DNA from: Chrysomallon squamiferum
Lineage: Eukaryota; Animalia; Mollusca
DNA: 64,000 bases
Assembly (NCBI GenBank): GCA_012295275.1
Contig: CM022672.1
Location: forward strand, 12,338,001-12,402,000
Reading direction: 5' to 3'
Within the stretch, counting starts at the first letter, position 1. Every line of letters begins with the position of its first letter. The translations under genes and the position numbers were made by a program. This document shows, in pieces, positions 39,412 through 52,882 of the stretch. The notes under the pieces were generated by a model, which saw only the letters and a list, made by a program, of their open reading frames with translations, was not told the DNA's origin and did not search any database.

Positions 39412-39422
39412 GGGGAATCCCC
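39412..39422 (+). promoter_or_regulatory. Canonical NF-kB site upstream of the STAND-TPR gene
   Basis: GGGGAATCCCC, a near-palindromic kB consensus, about 1.2 kb before ATG 40605. Motif match only. Confidence 0.45.
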
Positions 39423-40475
39423 TTCCTAGTTACATCACGCTCTATTTATATAATAACGGCCATGTTCGACGTTTGATTATTATAAATAAAAAATTAAATG
39501 AGTAGAGTTTAAGGAAGAAAACAGATAATACCAAGCAAATGATGTTTTGAATGGGATATTATTTAATTACCTTTTCATCTGAATAATGGTAGAAAACGAA
39601 ATTTATTTAGTTTTATAATTGTATTTATTTATCAGATTTGGTCTACGTGCCTAGATAAGCATTAGTATGAGCAGGACATTCGACAACAACCTTTTCTAAT
39701 AAACTGTATAGCTCACGCAGTGATCAACAACAATAGAAACCAGCCCTAGCGACCGTTCAGAAAAAAATATAATTAAAAAAAAAATAAAGCGTCATTTCAC
39801 GGCTCGCCGAGTGGTTCTGTAAGCATTTAAGGCTGGCATAGTTGTTTTTTAAATGTTTTTTTTTTTCAAAACTGTTTTATCAAGTAGGACGGTTAGGTAA
39901 ATGGTCAGGTGATAACAAATTTACAAAGAAAATCAGAAATAACCCCGATAGAATTATAGACTGTTAATTGTTGTTGTTGTTTAATTTTTTTGTTGTTGTT
40001 TTTTTTTTTTTTGTTTTTTTGTTGTTGTTGGTTGTTGTTTTTTTTGCGTGTTTTGTTTTGTTTTGTTTGTGTATTTATTTATTTATTTATTTATTTGCAT
40101 TTATTTATATTTTTATCTTATGAGGGATATTGTATACATATTTTTCGATGTTGTATTAATGTTATTTCATTGGCTATAGTAACTTCTGTTTAGTTCGATG
40201 TTAGTAGAAAATGTATGTAAGTTTGAATGGATTAATATGTAACGTGTGTGTGTGTGTATGTATATATAGTTATGTGATTTAGTGATGTTATAAATAGTAG
40301 TAGTAGAAACGTACAGCTTAGTAAAACTTAACTGATGTAAAATGCGGCAAAATTCGATAAATAAAAATTAGAGCAACAGAATTTTCTGCTTGATGTAATT
40401 TCCGGATCACGTGCGCACGATAGCATTTCCGAGAAAGATAAAAATATTCGTTTACTAGTTGTCATGCGATGTTGC

Positions 40476-40526
<51 letters not shown>

Positions 40527-40604
40527 GGCTATTTTTATCACTGATGCAGATGACACGTGATTTAAAGAACAGTTTACAGAACCATCGTGGACTATGCTTA
40601 AAGA

Positions 40605-41053
40605 ATGTTTACTGAGGTAAACAGACAGAACGTGACAGAACCGTTCGACGAGGACGATGGAGTCCGTCCGTTCGTTGGCAGACGTGAACTGTTAGAAGAT
40701 ATAAAAACAAAGTTGTCACCGCGTCTCAGACTCGTCCAGTTATATGGACAGCCCATGGTGGGCAAGGCAAGCATAGCCAGACAGGTGAGACTGACTGACT
40801 GAAACAGTTACTGTGGTAGTAGTAGTAGTAATAGTTTTTGTTGTTGTCGTCGTAATAATGTAATCGTACTTGTAGTTTGCTTAATGAATAAGTGTTAGTG
40901 GTAGTAATAGAAGAAGTATTTTGTAGTAGTAGTAGAAGTAGTTGTTACCGTTGTAAAAGTAGTTTTAAAAGAAGTGAAGGTAGTGATAATAGTAGTTTTA
41001 GCTAACTATTATGCTGATCATTTAGGCTATTTCTAAGTTATCTCTCTCCTTGC

Positions 41054-41104
<51 letters not shown>

Positions 41105-42372
41105 CGATTTCGTTACTGAATATGAAATTATTATTGTTGTCCGTTTTATTTAGGTACAATACGAATTAACGAGGGAAGCTGAAGATGCTAATCAGCACTT
41201 ACAATCGTATGATATATGTTGTCGAGGTGTCTGCGACTGGGAGGACCTCCTCTCGAATTTAAAAAATTCTCTTGGTTGGGCTGACCTTCAGGGTAAAGAA
41301 GCTGCCATTCTGAAAAGACTGAAAAACCTAATCACAATCAAGCCATCACATAATTTCATCTTCGCATTTCTAAAATGCGAGGAGCTGGGGATTGACAGCC
41401 ATTCTAATTTGGCTGAAAAATTCGACACACTGATTACAAAAATAATCGAGGTTTCAAAACGTGTGTTTGTGATAGTCACCACGCAGAAAGTGTTCACTTT
41501 TAGAGGGGTGAAAAACATCACGAAGAAGGTGCCGCCCATGACAGCAGACGAGTCGGATAATTTTTTCAGAAGATGTTTTACAGATGTATGTGTCGAACCA
41601 TTTCTTCCAGCAGTGAACAAATTTGCTTCCGGACTTCCTTCATTGATTAACGAAGCAGCTGATCAGTTGAAAATCAACATATCGGAAAACCCGGACTTAA
41701 CGGTGGAAGATTTTGAAGAAATCTTGCAGCAACATGCAGAAGATATACAGACAAATTCAAGCAAAAGTATTCTGAATGTGTTTGACGGATTAAATGCTTC
41801 CATAAAAAGTTTTGTAATTGGTTTAACCATATTTCAAGGCTCGTTTGGAATCGAACAGCTGGAGACTGTTTTCGATAAACGTTCTTCACAAGCAAAGGCC
41901 ATTGTTGGAAAACTGGAACAGTGTTCTCAGATTGTACAGGATGAAAACAAAGATCGATTACGTATTCATCCAGCAGTGGTACACTATATCAGAAATTCTA
42001 TTCCCAACCAGGTAAAATACGATGACACAGTCCGGTTGAGATTCGTCAAACTGTTTGGACAAGTCCTGAAGAAAGTCGACAATGAAATTTCAGTACGACC
42101 GGAACAAGATGTTTACCAGTATCTCCATCCTGATTGGCTAAACTTTCAGCAAATGCTTAAAGAAGCAATTCATTGTACCCAGGATACGTACGAACCATTT
42201 CTGCAGGTAAAGTCTGTTTTTGTATTTTATAGTTTTAGCTTTTTCTCATTATTAAGTAATATTTTATTTAGATTTAACATTCGCTTCGGTGTTTCCGTGT
42301 CACAGAAATATTCACGTGATAACAATTTGTTGGTGTTTTGTGTTAGATTTTTTAAAGCAATGAATGAATGAA

Positions 42373-42420
<48 letters not shown>

Positions 42421-43658
42421 TATACTGCTATAAAACAAAATAGTCATTTAAAATTATGAGTAACATTTTTCTGTTTTGTTCTGTAAATTTAATTTCAAAA
42501 GTAAACAGCTGTTTAAACATTCGCACGGTTTGTATTTTTTCTTTTTTTACTTTGTTCTTTATATGTTTTGTATCTAGAAGTCTATTGTTTCCGCAGGTAG
42601 CAACTGAAGCTGAAACAGTTTTAATCAAATTCTTTCCTGAAGAAGCCTTGAATTTTTACAATTCTATGGTAAATGCCTCGCAAAAGTTTGGCAACGATTT
42701 GCAGCAAGCACAACAAAAATGGTTGCTAGGCAGAGCAAAGACTCGAGGCAGAGGTAAAACAACGGTTACAAAAGAATTTTCATTGTTTGTAGCTGACTGT
42801 CAATTAAATATATAATTACATACAAGTATATGCCCAATTTAATTTTGTTGTTTCGAGTTCTGTTCACTGTTTTCAGACAATTTTATTGTCTGTCCATTAT
42901 GTCTATAGATAATGGATATTAACCAATATGAATATATTACATTTTTAATTTTTAAATTTTATTTTATTTTATTTTTTTTTTTATTTTTGTTTATTTATTT
43001 ATTTATTTATTTATTTTTTATTTATTTTTTTAAGTTATATATTAACTGATGAAATAATTTCTTTCATTTAGGGACAGAGTATGACGATGCCATGAGTTTG
43101 TTTAAAAAAGCACTGCCTGTCATTCAAAAGAGTGACAACCACTATGTTTTCATTTCACTTTTGGCCGACATGGGTTACAACTGCTACAAACAGGGAGATT
43201 ATGAGACTTCACTTGAGTAAATAATTCTTGATATTATAATCATTTTAAATGAATACAAACCATATGTGTTATACATGAAATGATTAACTTATCAACAACA
43301 ATGCAATACAGTAATAACAACAACAGCAACAACAACAACTACTACTACTTCTAATAATAATAATACAACACTGATAATAATAACAACAACTACACTAATA
43401 ATGATGATAATAATAACCGTAATCATCATCACCATCAACATCTGTCCTGTAACACAGCCTCATTTTCAGATCATTTTCATGTGATACTTCCTGTATCAGT
43501 TTTAATGCTATTTTTGTAGATATTACAAGGAGGCTCTACAGGAGGCTGCAAAACACGAATCAAGTGGAAAACTCCTCAACAGAGTGTTTTCAATTCGATG
43601 TGACACTGCCATACAACTAATTTTCTTGAGTTAGTAACAATAATAAACTCTGTGTGTG

Positions 43659-43690
<32 letters not shown>

Positions 43691-44170
43691 CATGCGTGCA
43701 TGTGTACCTATGTACATTCGTATGGATAGACATTTATGCATATCTCTATTTTCATGTCTTAGTAAATATGAATATAAGTATTTAAATGTGTGTGCATTCT
43801 GTATGAATCTACTTGTCACTGAAAAACATTGCTTACATCAAATTATCTTTCTGTCTTTATCTCAAATGTCGATCAAGCATATCTTTGTTCTGACTGTTAA
43901 ATTGATTTATATTTTTATTTTGCATCTAGATAAAGTGGACAGTGCTGAAGGTATTCTTGAAGAAACTTTGAGATTAATAACAGTGGTTGCACCTCATCAC
44001 CCATCAGTCCCCATTATGATTAACAGTCTAGGACTGATTTGTGAAAGAGGTAGAATTATTTTCTTCAGTAGCAAGATTTTTATAAAGATATAAAAGTGTT
44101 ATATATCTGGAGGATTTATTTTTTTTTTTTTTTTTTTTTTTTGATTGATTGATTGATTAATTAAATTATT

Positions 44171-44202
<32 letters not shown>

Positions 44203-44768
44203 TTTTACATTTTATATTTATTATTATTATTATTAAAAAATTTTTTGCTAAAGTAATAGAATTCATTTTGTTACAGGATCAAATGCTTTTATGATATCTA
44301 CATGTTTTTATTTTCTACTGTGTGTATTATGTCTTTTTTTCCATCTATCTGTCTTCTTTTCTGCTTGTCTGACGATCTGTCTGTTTGTCTGTCCAATCAT
44401 ACTCATTCTACCTATCTCCATGCCTTTCATTTAACACCTTAACAAACAATGAGAATATAGTTATATGGAGAACATATCTCATGAAAACAAAACCTATATC
44501 TTGTCAAACAGTAAGTGGAATAAAAACAACTAAATATATTTTTTTTTTATTTTTAAGCTCGGCATGATCATGAAAATGCATTAAGATACTATACGTCATC
44601 TCTGCACGAGCGCAGGAAGTATGCCAACTTGGCACCAGCAGACCTCGTCGTGGCACTGAACAATGTTGCTATGCAACATTCAAAACGATGCAATCACTGT
44701 AAGTGCTTTTATCTTCAAATAAATATGTTATTTTTGCATTTATCATTCGAACTGATCAACAATTTCAT

Positions 44769-44851
<83 letters not shown>

Positions 44852-45031
44852 ACTGATACAAATGTAAACTTTGAGAAAAATACTTTTTGTGAATCATTTA
44901 AAGTGGCTGTAAAATAGTACAATTATATGTGTCCTTTAAAATATATTTAAGTATTCTACTCAGAATTCTCTTCAAATTTTAAGAAACATATGGTTGTTAT
45001 ATAACACTATCTATTGCATCAGTTCTCTTTT

Positions 45032-45076
<45 letters not shown>

Positions 45077-47389
45077 ATATACATATATATAATTTCAGAT
45101 TATGCCTTGAAGCTGCTTAATGAAGCACTGACTATTCGAAAGAAGCTAGGCTGGCTGGAATATCACACAGGACTGACGTGCTTGCACTTGGGACAAGTTC
45201 ACATGGCACTGTAAGTACTCCTTGTAGCAGTTCTTTAGTAACGTCTGTGTTTAATACCAGTTTTAAATTTGTGTTATCTATTTTGAAATTCAAAATTTGC
45301 ATCTTTCTTTTTCTATTTTGAAATTCTTGTTGGTTGTTTTTCTTTGGGGGGTCATTTCAACTTTTTTGAGTAAAACAAAGCAAAAATTCTTTTTGAATTG
45401 TTTGACAATATTTGTTTAAAGGGTTTGTTTTGATGTAATATATTTTTTTAAAGTTCAAAACAATGTTGTTAGTATCAAAAATTTTTAATTTCATTTCTAA
45501 TCTGTAAAAAAAAATACAAATGATTAAAATTCTTTCAAATAATTATTCAATAGATAAATATTTTTTGAAAAGGGTGTTTGGATTTTGTTTAATATGGGTT
45601 ATTTTGGTAAAATAATTAATAATAGATTTAAAAATATATATTTTCAGATTAGACTTTGAAGAGTCACTGAAATATATCACCAAAGCTTTGGAAATCTTTC
45701 GAACATGCACAAAATATCACCACATACAAATTGCTGTGTTAGTTGGCAATGGCACATAGCCTAGCAGGTTTGGGCAGATGGGATGAAAGTGTAGAAAGAC
45801 TGAAAGAAGCAGTAATTCTGCCTAAAGAATCTCAAAAGCAATGTCCATCTGATGTGAACACTGATTTTGCAAAGAAGCATTTGTTTTAGTGTTGCAGGGA
45901 CACCGCGAGCAGGTAAAGTCTTTCTTTGAATCACAAAAATCCAGCATACGCAGACAGCTGTCAGTGACCAGAGAGAAAAATGAAAACAATATTTACTGCT
46001 GGCTTCAGAAACAGCTGATTCAGTTGAGTGAAGCAGAAAATATGTTTATTTTAACAGACATCAATTCCAACAGTGATGTAAATGGTATTTTAAGTAATTG
46101 TGAATTTTGTTTGGCAATGCTTAACTCTGGCTTCAATGCCTATGAAATGTGGAGCAATGTCGAAAAGCAAGTGACAAGACATGCCACTGCTTTCCAACAA
46201 CTTTGTGAGTCACCAAGTCTTTCTTCAGTAGTTGGAATAAAAAGTGGCATTGGAAGAATGTCAGAAATAATCAGGTTAATAGTTCAAACAAACTGTTGTG
46301 AACTGTTAACAAACGAGGGGCAAGCATCCACTGATGTTGATGATAAACCCTCCCAACACAATCAAACAAGGTCAGATAATTCTGTGACATTTACTAGAGA
46401 ATGTTCTTTGAATGAGCAACAGCCTTCAGCAGTAGAAACTTTTCTGAATAATGAGATACATGAAGCTAGGAAATCTGTATTAACCTCAGAATATCAAAAC
46501 ATGAACAATTTTCCAACAGTTTCTGAAGAAGATAAAAGTACTCTAATTTCAGAAAAAGATGCATTTGATATTAAATCATATCTAAAACAGCTTCCATCAA
46601 ATAAAACTGAAATGGTTTGTGAAAAAAACATCAGCTGCAGTAAACCGTTGTGACAGAATGAAAAACAGAACTGGAAATGAACCATTGGAATATAAAATGC
46701 CTGAGATTTGTACAAGTATATCACAAAAAGATGACAGTCTTGGTATTAAATTAAGCTTGTTAACACAAGATGTAACAAGCAAAACAGACAATACACCACA
46801 TATGAGAAATGATTTTTTTACAATGGCAGATTATCATTTGAATATGTCTGTTCAATCAAATATGTCTGCTCTGTCAAAAACAAAGGATTGTTTACTTAAC
46901 AACAATACATTACCTCAGAACATGGAACAGATGAGTTCAAGAAATGATGTTCTTTCTTCTAAATCATCTTTCAAAAAAGCTGAAGGACATGTTGCTGTAT
47001 GGCCACCAAACTCTTTCAGTAACCTTGATGAAATTCATGCTATAACACCTCTTTCTGTAGACTCTGATGAAAATGTACTAGATTCTAATAATTATGGTTT
47101 CTTTGGCAATGGAATGATTGAAAACAGTTCAACACCAAATTCTAATTTATTTTCAAGTCACAATAACCATCTATTCCAGATGCCTCCAAACATGGCAAGT
47201 TTAGCAAACAGAGTGTTGACAGAAGATTCAGTAAGTCTGGATTCGTGTGTTTCTCCAGGTTGTGAGCCATTTGAAATGCCACCAGCTCTGAATCGTTCGT
47301 CTGTCAGCAATAAATGGGAAGGTTTATCTCAAAGAGAGAACCCACAGAGAGTGATGAGAGGGACACATAAAGTAATCCACCGACCCTAA
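40605..47389 (+). CDS. STAND-class (NB-ARC-like) P-loop NTPase - TPR protein with degenerate ATPase motifs; last exon has three frame disruptions (possible truncated allele, pseudogene or assembly error)
   Basis: Exons 40605-40784, 41154-42206, 42597-42753, 43072-43216, 43520-43629, 43930-44049, 44558-44698, 45099-45210, 45648-47389. Motifs in STAND order: FVGRRELLEDI, Walker A GQPMVGKAS, Walker B region FIFAFLKCEEL, sensor-1 VFVIVTTQ, SGLPSLI, winged-helix LTIFQGSF and LRIHPAV. Then TPRs (LLADMGYNCYKQGDYETSLEYYKEAL, INSLGLIC, ALNNVAM...ALKLLNEALTIRKKL, HLGQVHMALLDFEESLKYITKALEIF). The open frame ends at TAG 45757-45759; coding-like sequence continues in shifted frames to TAA 47389. Confidence 0.85.
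44776..44848. repeat. (GA)n microsatellite in a STAND-TPR intron
   Basis: About 36 GA units. Confidence 0.95.
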
Positions 47390-47597
47390 AAACAAAACAC
47401 TATTTAAAATAACACTTAATATGCATCAGGTCTGTGATATGTAATGCACCTATGGACCACTGCAAAATGGGACACTTCGTTGCAATGTTGATATTATTTT
47501 GAAATAATGCACAGCAACTTTAACAAAGTATCTGTGCATTTTGGCATCAATTACAGTTGATAAATTATTTTATTATTATGGTTTTGTTTGTTTATAT

Positions 47598-48062
47598 TTT
47601 ACTAATCTTTTTGTAACATCACTGATCTGTAAATTTATATATATAATTTTTTTAACTTCCGTTATTTCACAAAGTTGAATTATATTTCCTTCCTGAAAAT
47701 GACACATTAAGAAATTATTGTAATATAGATATACTCTGTGTACATTGATGTAAAATATGTTTTTCAGTACTTATTTGTTAATTTATGCAGAAAATATAAA
47801 AATGTGTGCGTATATCTCTATAAACACTGTGTATATTCTTATTTGGTTAAAAACCATTTATTAGTGTTCCCATTTATGATATACTTCATTTAATCTCACT
47901 CTGTTAAACATTGAGTCATTCAAGAATAATAATTTGAAATTAAGTTCAAGTTTGTTTATTACAATTGATAAATAAGGATTTAACCCCAAAAATGTATTTT
48001 ATTATTTTTTGTTTATATATGCTTTACTAATCTTTTTGTGATATCACAGATCTGTAAATTTA
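47598..48062. repeat. Local ~40-80 bp direct duplication downstream of the STAND-TPR gene
   Basis: TTTACTAATCTTTTTGT..A(C/T)ATCAC(T/A)GATCTGTAAATTTA at about 47598-47637 and 48023-48062, with weaker similarity extending upstream. Confidence 0.75.
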
Positions 48063-48229
48063 CTATGCATTTTGTAAACTTTTTTTACTAATATTTAAAT
48101 TATTTGTTAAAACAGTTGTTTATTGATAGCCCAGATGATTTACCAGGTAAGTGAACAGGATTATGTATGTTACAGTTTCTATACCATGCTTGGAGTTTGA
48201 ATCTGTTGTGGATTTGTGTGTGTGTATGA

Positions 48230-48260
<31 letters not shown>

Positions 48261-50262
48261 AGTGTGTGAACCTTAATATGTTTATTTTCAAATAGTGCAT
48301 TTATTATAGCAAATAAAATAATAGTAAAAAAAAGTGAATTTACCTTGTGTTTTTTACCATATACAGAAATGACTCACATAAAAAATGAATGTGGTGATTT
48401 TCAAAGGCAATTTTATTGTTAACATGCTTTCAGTTTAATGATAAAATCAGTTATCAATAAATCCCTAAAACAAATAAGAATGAAATCACCATTTACATAT
48501 GCCATTAACTCTTTAATATCTATAGACAACTCAGTTTTATTTTCATTAGAAAGTGGTGAAATATATATAATCATTTCAGGAAAATCATTTCAACAAACTG
48601 GGTTGGATCAAATCAAATAACTGTATTTTATAAAACAAAAACAATTATTAAAACAACCATATCCAGGATTTAATATTAATGAAATAGTGCCTATTATACT
48701 TCCAGTATGTTAACCTGTCTTGTAACTTTGCAAACAATTAAATCTATCTTGGCTTCTAGTATTAAATGAGTTACTGGAGGACAGTTCTCTTTAATATGAG
48801 AAATTAAAATTGTTATTTTAAAGAATGTAACACTCTTTATGTAAATGATTTTAACTGGTTCTTTGTTACTCAAACTGTGAATCTCTGAGTGTATTTCCTT
48901 CCTGTATTGTTTATATACAATGTGCTATCATAAACAAGTTAAAAACAAATTTTGTTTCACTGTTTGTGTCAAAACATATCAACTTTTATTGGAGGTTGAT
49001 ACTATGGGAAATACTTTTCACTCATATTATATATAATGATATTTAAATTAAAACAAAAATATCAGCATAACGAATGTCCTAAGGATTAGTTTTTATAAAT
49101 AATTTTCATGAAGTAAAAGTTCTTAACAATTATTTCCATGTTAATTTTCTATTACTTATTATTGGACAAATTTTTATTAAAATTATAAAATTATCTCTTT
49201 TGCTATCATTTATTATAATACAATCACAAAAAATATTGAGCAAAAAACAAAAATTAAAAAAAATGTTTATGTAATGTAAAAAAAAAAAAATTTGTATAAA
49301 CGTTTTTACTTCAGTTTGACCCGTTTTATTTCTGAGAATATGCAAAATGAAATATAAATCCTTGTAGTATTTTAGTAGTTCATTACAGAAAATTATTCAT
49401 ACACATTTTAAGAAAACAAAAAATATAAAATTTAAGTTAAATAGGTTTTATTTTATTTTAATCCTGTAACTAAGATCCAGGTAAAATCCTTGAAGGATAA
49501 TGATAATTATACCAGATCAACAAACTGAAACCAGTTTATTTATTAATTTCCAGACTTTTCTCACTTAAACCATAATTTCATCTTTCATTTCTGTTATCTC
49601 ATATCTTTTTTTAATTTATAACTGGTGCATATGCTTTGTCAAGTGTTTCCAGGATATTTTCATTTCATTATTTGAAAATTAAAATAAATAAATAAATAAA
49701 TGAGAAAAGGCAAGAAGATAAATGTCCGTCTTCTCACTTTAAATTTATTATTTTTCTCCAACCTAATTTTTTTTTCTTATTCTTTCTTCATGTATTTTTT
49801 AAAAATTATTTATGTTAATATATATGAGTGTGTTTCTATGTCTGTCTACATGTGAGTTTCTTTTTTTTTTTATCAATTTTTATAATTATTTTTGTCTTCC
49901 TGGTTTTTCTTCTTTTTTTTTTTTTTTTTATAAACTTCCTTTGTCTGTATTTTTAAATAATACATTTTATTTTTTAACATCTTGCATTTATTTTACAATT
50001 ATTGTTATTGTTGTTGTCTTCATTTTTGTATTTTCATATTTTCTGACCCTAACAATATAGCTCTGGGTCAGATGATGGCCACCATTGTGCATGATAAATG
50101 TGCTAGCTGGGGCTATATTTCTTTTGTATAGTCTTCAAACTTACCTTTCCTCTGTCATTTTATTCTTTATTCTTCCTGTTTCTTCTTATTCATCAGTCAT
50201 TTTGTTTCTGCTTTCTACATATTCATATCTGATATTATATTCAGTTATTTATTCACTGATTA

Positions 50263-50314
<52 letters not shown>

Positions 50315-52652
50315 CATTCTTATCATTTCAATTGATTTAGCATTCATCATCATTCTTTGGGGTTTTTTAATTTTTTTACATTTATATTTTATCTTTCTAA
50401 AAAATATTATTATTGAAGTAACTTATTATTATTTTTTTTTTTTTCTTCCTCATTCTTACTTACATAATTAATGTTTCAACTTCTTATTACAAATGATGGA
50501 AATGATTTTATTATTATTATTATTATTATTACTATTATTATTATTATTATTATTATTTTCTTGTTGTAATATGGTAAATTTCAGTGCCATTTTGATCCAG
50601 TTTGCATAGGGTATGACGATTACATGTTATAAACATTGTATTAGAAAATTAATCAAATAAAGATAGGTATAACTAACAGTCCTATATATACCTTACTAAA
50701 ATAAGCAGTTTTATTTTTTTTTGGATCATTCATAATTTATTATAGAATAATAATAGTGCATAGTTTACAACATGCATACTTACTGTATATCCTACAAAAA
50801 CAGAAAACAAAGTTCCATTTTAATTGCTAGAAAACTCACGAAGTACATAATTAAATTTCTTGGATTTCACATTATCAGCCCATGGAAATTGGACATAAAC
50901 TGGAAACCAAAAAGTAGAAGAACTTCGTCAGCATGCGTAGCCTCCCCCATCACTACCACTGCATGTTTTTACACTTAACAAAGGGAAACAAATATTACGT
51001 TCGAACACTGTTACGAGATGCACCATAAATAATACGTTTAAATTTATTTATTTTAGGAGGGAATGTATTTACGAATTTGAATAATATATAATTAACAGTG
51101 TCGATAAAAACTTCTTATAATAAGGCTTATTTTCAAATGATCGTGAATCAGAACTTCACTATACCATAGATACCCATGGTTACGACTTCTATAGAAATAA
51201 AATAATTATAAAAACAACAGACACATTCGCATTATTTCCTAATATTATCTCTTCTTTTTTCTCTATTTTTTTTTTTTTTTAAATTAATTAATTAATATTA
51301 CTTTAATGTTATTTTAAATATACTCACAGTTAACAACCTGTGGATAATTCGGTGAATTAATAATATTTGAATTTATATTTTTAATAAAAATATTACTCCT
51401 CAAGTAGCATGGACCAACGATTTTTTTAAATAATACATAATAGTACATGTTTTACAAGTTGAATGTTTTTTGTTTTAACGAAAAAGAGTGAAAATATAAC
51501 TTTTTATAAACGTTTTTTATAAGGCCTGTTGACGGACCTTTTTCTTTTTTTTAAATTTTCCGTTGTAAAACTGATTCAAACGTTACAATGAATGTATCGA
51601 TGCAATCATTCAAATAACACGTGACCAGTTTGCTTTGTACCTGTAAATACGACCAATAATGCATTGAAAATGGAAATAGATAAATAAAAAAAAGAATTAT
51701 AATGGTTTCAAGTATAGTTTTACAACTTCGTACTCAGAACCGTCTACTATAGAGTTTTAGCAGAGTAACGTGTCCACATTATGTTACCTAATGAGAATAG
51801 TCATCTTCATATTCACGCGCCAGTGTCTGTGAAAATTATTTATTTTGTTTTATTTTATTATTGTTATTATTAAAAAAAAAATTGGGGGGTGACGATGTCG
51901 TAATAGTATCTGAAAAAAAATATATAGTACGAAATTTGTACGAAATGGTATGATGTCAGTTACCAAAAAAAAAAAAAAAAAAGTTTCGACCTTTGCAGCA
52001 ATATCTACCCAATAATAGATATCTATGTATTCGAGGCATTGATTAAATGACATATTTCCCCAAATTACTTTTGATAATACATGTAGAATTGATTGCATTA
52101 TGAAGGCATACGTATTTAAACGTTTGTAAACACTAATCGGCATTCGACGCTGCCAAATTGGATTTCGAACTTCCTTCCCGTGAGTTCATGGAAATATTTA
52201 AACTTCCAAATTAAATTATTTTGCGTCCATTATTTCAGAAATATTTATGATTTACACTGATAAAGGTAAGGATAGTTGTTCATATTACCAAACCATGATG
52301 TCACGCGCCTTTTCTAACTATTTTTTCAACGTAATCAAACTTTTCAAACTGGATTATTTTTGTGTAAATGCTTGCATAATAAACTTAAATTATAATGCGG
52401 AATATGATTAATGTATTAACTTTTGTTGTTGTCAATGTTCCCCTCTCAGAACTCAGCAGAAAAGAACATTTAGTGGTTGTCTGTATCCATTAAATCAGCG
52501 AAATGTTTTGTGGCTTTTTTCCGTGACGTAATTTGTGCCGTTACGAGTTATCGTTCCTGTTCGTCTATGCTACCGCAGGTCTAACCTGTCATTTACGTCA
52601 TATTTCTGATGCTGTCGCTATTGAAAACAATGCTATTATTTATACATTTATT

Positions 52653-52694
<42 letters not shown>

Positions 52695-52882
52695 TTATTA
52701 TTATTATCATCATCATCATCACCTTTCTTTTTTTTTTTCCTTCTTTTTTTTATTGTCATATCTCAAACGGAAGGTTGCGAGGAATTCCGAGTATAGCGGA
52801 TTGTCCCGAACTATTACGAATGTTCCAAACATTTGTTTTGTTCGGAAGGGAGAGAATTCTCACACATATTGATGTGAACAAA

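Noticed and set aside
46615-46660. Programmed ribosomal frameshift at the A7 run
   Set aside because: The shift needed is +1, no stimulatory structure is evident, and two other frame breaks upstream point to mutation or assembly error.
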